NCBI RefSeq assembly: GCF_009914755.1
Contig: NC_060940.1
Strand: one strand, 5' to 3'
DNA from: the human T2T-CHM13v2.0 reference genome, Homo sapiens
DNA length: 64,000 nt
Shown here: piece by piece, positions 56,569 to 64,000 of the stretch
Position numbering within the stretch: position 1 is the stretch's first letter
Layout of the letters: each line of letters opens with the position of its first letter
Notes under the pieces: model-generated
The model's input: the letters and a program-made list of their open reading frames with translations, nothing else
Database searches by the model: none
What the model was told of the DNA's origin: nothing
Program-made: the position numbers and the translations under genes

Positions 56569-56902
56569 GTATGGAGCCTCCCACGAAGCCCAGGCGAGCT
56601 TGACGTGATATGCCAGGCTCTCCAATCCTCAACCTTTAGATTGCCAGCTTGCGGTTTACCATTTTATTGGGCTAAATATTTCATGATTTGTTCACATTTC
56701 TTCTTAGAGCAGCAGCTATTTTTAAAACGTCGAATGTGCCATCACATTCTATCACATATTTTTGACGTGGCAATTTGCATTTTGGCTTAAGTAAATAACA
56801 TTTTTTTAAACCCACTATTTTGAGCGTTCAGTGGTCTGTAACAGTGTGTTATACCATAAGAACTGGTATGAAGTGGTTAACTACTAGTTTAATAATAGTT
56901 GA

Positions 56903-57190
56903 AGCCTGGGCGTGGTGGCTCACGCCTGTAATCCCAGCGCTTTGGGAGGCTGAGGCAGGTGGATCACCTGAGGTCAGGAGTTTAAGACCAGCCTGGCCAA
57001 CATGGTGACACCCCGTCTCTACTAAAATTACAAAAATTAGTTGGGCGTGCCTGTATTCTCAGCTGCTAGGGAGGCTGAGGCGGAAGGATGGCTTGACCTT
57101 GGGAGGTGGAGGTTGCAGTAAGCCAAGATCACACCACTGCACTCCAGCCTGGGTGACAGAGCGAGACTCTGTCTCAAAAATAATAATAAT
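56903..57190 (+). mobile_element. Alu in HERPUD1 intron 7
   Basis: Alu consensus; TSD taataatagttg. Confidence 0.9.
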
Positions 57191-57456
57191 AGTTGCAGAT
57201 CTAGTTGTTTCATTTGATATTTGCTGCCAGGAGCAGTCAAAACTATGACAACATCAACACAGTTGTGCTGTGGAAGCCTGAGAAACAGCCCTATCCAGCC
57301 TAGGGCATCATTCCCTGGGGTCCTGGCTGCCTGCTGCTGTGCCTATGGGGCAGGGGGCAGGGATTTACCCTGCCCTTTCCTAACATTATTTGGTGTTCAT
57401 CATAGCCCTAATTGTTTTCTCATTGTTTCATTACCTCATTGTTTCATTACCTGTAG

Positions 57457-57621
57457 GAAGGCACTGATCCTGAAACTGAAGACCCCAACCACCTCCCTCC
57501 AGACAGGGATGTACTAGATGGCGAGCAGACCAGCCCCTCCTTTATGAGCACAGCATGGCTTGTCTTCAAGACTTTCTTTGCCTCTCTTCTTCCAGAAGGC
57601 CCCCCAGCCATCGCAAACTGA
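57457..57621 (+). CDS. HERPUD1: HERPUD1 exon 8, coding part with stop
   Basis: ctgtag| EGTDPETEDPNHLPPDRDVLDGEQTSPSFMSTAWLVFKTFFASLLPEGPPAIAN TGA; the eight exons sum to 1176 nt = 391 aa plus stop. Confidence 0.97.
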   Translation, partial: EGTDPETEDPNHLPPDRDVLDGEQTSPSFMSTAWLVFKTFFASLLPEGPPAIAN

Positions 57622-58185
57622 TGGTGTTTGTGCTGTAGCTGTTGGAGGCTTTGACAGGAATGGACTGGATCACCTGACTCCAGCTAGATTGCCTCTCCTG
57701 GACATGGCAATGATGAGTTTTTAAAAAACAGTGTGGATGATGATATGCTTTTGTGAGCAAGCAAAAGCAGAAACGTGAAGCCGTGATACAAATTGGTGAA
57801 CAAAAAATGCCCAAGGCTTCTCATGTCTTTATTCTGAAGAGCTTTAATATATACTCTATGTAGTTTAATAAGCACTGTACGTAGAAGGCCTTAGGTGTTG
57901 CATGTCTATGCTTGAGGAACTTTTCCAAATGTGTGTGTCTGCATGTGTGTTTGTACATAGAAGTCATAGATGCAGAAGTGGTTCTGCTGGTACGATTTGA
58001 TTCCTGTTGGAATGTTTAAATTACACTAAGTGTACTACTTTATATAATCAATGAAATTGCTAGACATGTTTTAGCAGGACTTTTCTAGGAAAGACTTATG
58101 TATAATTGCTTTTTAAAATGCAGTGCTTTACTTTAAACTAAGGGGAACTTTGCGGAGGTGAAAACCTTTGCTGGGTTTTCTGTTC

Positions 58186-58191
58186 AATAAA
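58186..58191 (+). terminator. HERPUD1: HERPUD1 main polyadenylation signal
   Basis: AATAAA about 565 nt after the stop, with GT-rich element (tgcgtttgttgt) downstream. Confidence 0.8.
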
Positions 58192-58371
58192 GTTTTACTA
58201 TGAATGACCCTGGCAGAGACTCCTGTCATCCTAGCAGTTTACTCTGCGTTTGTTGTATCTAGACAGTCAACAACTGAGTTGTCGGTGTTTAACCTGAATG
58301 CTTGTTTTTCAGAAGAGGACTGTTTGTGCCGGTAAGAATGATCAGGTAAGGCCATGAAAGTTTTTGTTGGC

Positions 58372-59097
<726 letters not shown>

Positions 59098-60179
59098 CAG
59101 GGACTAATCTTTAAAGCAAAGTTTTATATATTTTTACGTGAGTAATGTTATGTGTAGGTGTTCTATTTGGCAAAATAAATCAGCCTTTTCTATCATGATT
59201 GTGGTCATTTAAATTAATCCTCATCGGAAACATTGTTTACCTAAGATAAACATTCACTAAACAACTCATAGCAAGACGCTGGGTAGGTACAAAGATGTCT
59301 TATGTGTGGTTATGCTTTCAAAGCCAACTGAAACCCTTTTGTAAGGAGTTAAATAGCAAAAAGTTTCAAATAACTGTGTGCCTCTAGAACAGAACTATCA
59401 GAAGGCAATGAATATTCACAAATTGTGAAGAGATAGTTTGCTTCAAGGAAGAAATGACTTGTAACTAGAGTAGGTATGAAATGATGGGGGAAAAATGATG
59501 AGGTATGAAATGACTCACCTTCTCTCCAGCTCAAGGTAAGAAGGGTGGCAGCAGGAGTAAAAGCTCAGCCACAGGACGTGCTCTTCCTGCCAAACAGCTG
59601 GATTCTGCACATGCTTGGGAATGAGGTCCTGCTGGTTTAGGAAAACAAACATTAAGAATTCCCAAAGTCTTGGGTGGAAAAGCCTGTTGCTTTTCAGAGG
59701 CAAGGCCATCACCATTTGGCAAGGGGCCCAAGGCCCCAGGCAGCTGTGGTACCATCTGTTTCTGAAGGAGTGGGGATTTTACCCCCTGAAATGTCAGTTT
59801 GTGGCTTAAACTCTGGGTTCTACAGGCCCAAAATAAATAGTGCCAGGAAGGTGCCCCTGAACAGAGCTAACCAGGGTTCAGATTGGCACCCCATCCCCAC
59901 TGGGGCAAGCAGGACTCTTAGCAATTAAGGCCTAAGACGGCTGACAGGTGGGACATGGCAGAAATTCAGTGCTTCCACCACAGCTACTCAATGTGCCACA
60001 ATCATGGGCCACACACCACTCTGAATACTTAGAAAATTATTGGTTTGGGCCTTTATTATTAAGTAGCAAGTAAATAACTGAAAAAGCCCCAGATTTCAGC
60101 TCTGGCTATAGCAGCTTTCTAAGTCTGTGTTTTTAAGGTGCAATTTCTTGAATCCTAGTTCTGTAGAAGAAACACTCTA

Positions 60180-60215
60180 CCCCCCCGCCCCCCCCACCCC
60201 CCCCCCCCCCACCCC
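60180..60215. repeat. Poly-C tract
   Basis: 36 nt of C with only 3 interruptions. Confidence 0.95.
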
Positions 60216-60464
60216 TAAAAAATGAGCTTCATGATCAAGTACATTTTGGAACCCTCAGGCTGATCCAAGTTCATAGATTTCTTCACTGCAGGCCTTCTGG
60301 GTCCTTTAATATGCCTGAAGCTGGGGCTTTCCCTTCCTGAGAATGGCCCAGGACTATCCATGTGCCTCATTTTGGGAAATTTAGTAATGAGTTACTAAAT
60401 CAACACCACCTTTGGCATTCTACATAGCAAACATACTTTGTTAGATGTGACATTTTACACACTA

Positions 60465-60815
<351 letters not shown>

Positions 60816-62199
60816 TTACCAGTGCTCTACATGTTCAGAGAAACTTCTCTGGTAACCAACCACAGAAATGATCCCTGAAAGTATAGTCTTAGGAGATAAA
60901 TATTCTTTACATAGCCAGGAGGGAGATGAGAAGCCATACCTGTCTACAGTCTGACTGACAAAGGAGGAGGCTCCAGGTCCCCTGGAGAATCCCAGGTTTT
61001 ATGTAATAATTACTTGGTCCTTTTCAAAGTACTTGGATGAGTGTAGGATAGTCTCTTTGTCTTATCAGCTAGTCCTGCAATCTAGGTGTTCTCCCATTTT
61101 GTAGAGGCTTGCAGAGATGAGAGACCTGTCCAAGGTCTCAAACCCCTAACTGGCAGTTCTGAGACTAGAAATACTCCCTCTCAGGAGTGGACCTCCTCTA
61201 CAATTTTTTTTAGCAGTCCTCATGTGCCAAATATGGCGTGGGGGCCAGGAGACAGAATGAGGCATAGGTTGGGCGTGGCCCCTCCCCTCTTGGGTCTTGT
61301 AGTCGGCTGTGGGTGGCAAGTACAGCAGTGATGGCAGACAGGTGTGATGAGTTCAAGGACAGGGAAATAACATCCACAGCCCCATCCCAGTACTCCTGTG
61401 CAGCAATGGAAGTGTGCCACCGACACAGGGGCTACAGGGTGAGCAGGAGTGACAGGCGAAGAGAGGAAGAGAGCTCTGCCTGTGCAAAGGCGGAGGGAAC
61501 ATGGTGTGGGAGGAACTGAAGAGAATTCCACATAAGTATGAAGAGGGTAGGGAGATTGAGACTGGAGAAAAGGGGAAGCCGGGGCTCCCCTTTTGACCAT
61601 GCAACGCACTGGAAGCACAGCACTCCCAGCCTCAGGGTCCTCCATGATTGGAGACTGACAGTGAATTCAGAGGAGCTTGTGGAAGTCACCCAGTCAGGTC
61701 CAGAAATCCTGCAGTGCATCCCTTCCGTTACCCCTGTCATAACTGGGAGAAGACACCACCCACATGACGCAGGGGAGAGTGCAGGCATGAGCTAGCACCC
61801 ATATTGTCCCCTGCATCTGTCCTTGGCTATGTTTTACACCCCCCACCCCTTAGAACATTGTAGTCAAACTAGGATGTATTAAATTGGCTGGTTGCTCCCA
61901 ACTACACTGGACAAAGTGGAGAAAAAAAAAAAAGGAGGAGCTCAAGGTTTCAAATTCCCAGCTCAAGCTCTGCATAAAAACTGCTGTGACTTCCTTAGAA
62001 GAGACCCCTATCTCCTGTAGCTGCAGGGTTGAGATTTCTGAGCTCAAGTGATCTGCCTGCCTCACCCTCCCAAAGTGCTGGGATTACAGTTGTGAGCCAC
62101 CCTGCCTGGCCAGGGCTGAGATTTGTGAAAAGGAAACCCAAAGTCTCATCTTGCATGTGGCTGAATTATGTCGCAAATCCAATTCCCAAATTCCAGCCT

Positions 62200-63899
<1,700 letters not shown>

Positions 63900-64000
63900 G
63901 GCCGGGCTTTGGTGGCTCACGCCTGTAATCCCAGCAATTTGGGAGGCTGAGGCAGGCGGATCACCTGAGGTCAGGAGTTTGAGACCAGCCTGGCAAACAT
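63900..64000 (+). mobile_element. Alu truncated by the window end
   Basis: ggccggg..gtggctcacgcctgtaatccc. Confidence 0.9.

Overview
Human genomic DNA, recognisable as the chr16q13 SLC12A3-HERPUD1 interval. The + strand carries the last 11 exons (16-26) of SLC12A3 (thiazide-sensitive Na-Cl cotransporter NCC; cytosolic C-terminal domain, stop at 27721-27723, 3'UTR to about 30170). It then carries the complete 8-exon HERPUD1 gene (ER-stress-inducible ERAD protein Herp, 391 aa; CpG-island/TATA promoter with CRE, C/EBP-ATF, ERSE-II and ERSE-I elements). SLC12A3 intron 24 probably contains MIR6863, and intron 25 holds a processed RPS24 pseudogene. The rest is repeat-rich: about 55 Alus, hAT DNA transposons (MER1/Charlie3, MER5, MER20), MaLR LTRs, L1/L2 fragments and an ERVL remnant. 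Nearly all ORFs in the supplied track are Alu-derived or spurious. I found no convincing new protein-coding gene or novel system. The most notable unexplained signals are: five short local duplications of sequence I do not recognise as known repeats, including a 47-bp inverted, template-switch-like copy upstream of exon 18; a latent pseudoexon in SLC12A3 intron 21; an Alu inserted within branch-point distance of exon 23; extra ATF4-type CARE motifs inside HERPUD1; and an inverted-Alu-flanked, stop-free exon 5-6 circle in HERPUD1. Exon coordinates were read from the splice sites and checked for reading-frame consistency. Repeat boundaries and subfamilies are by-eye approximations.
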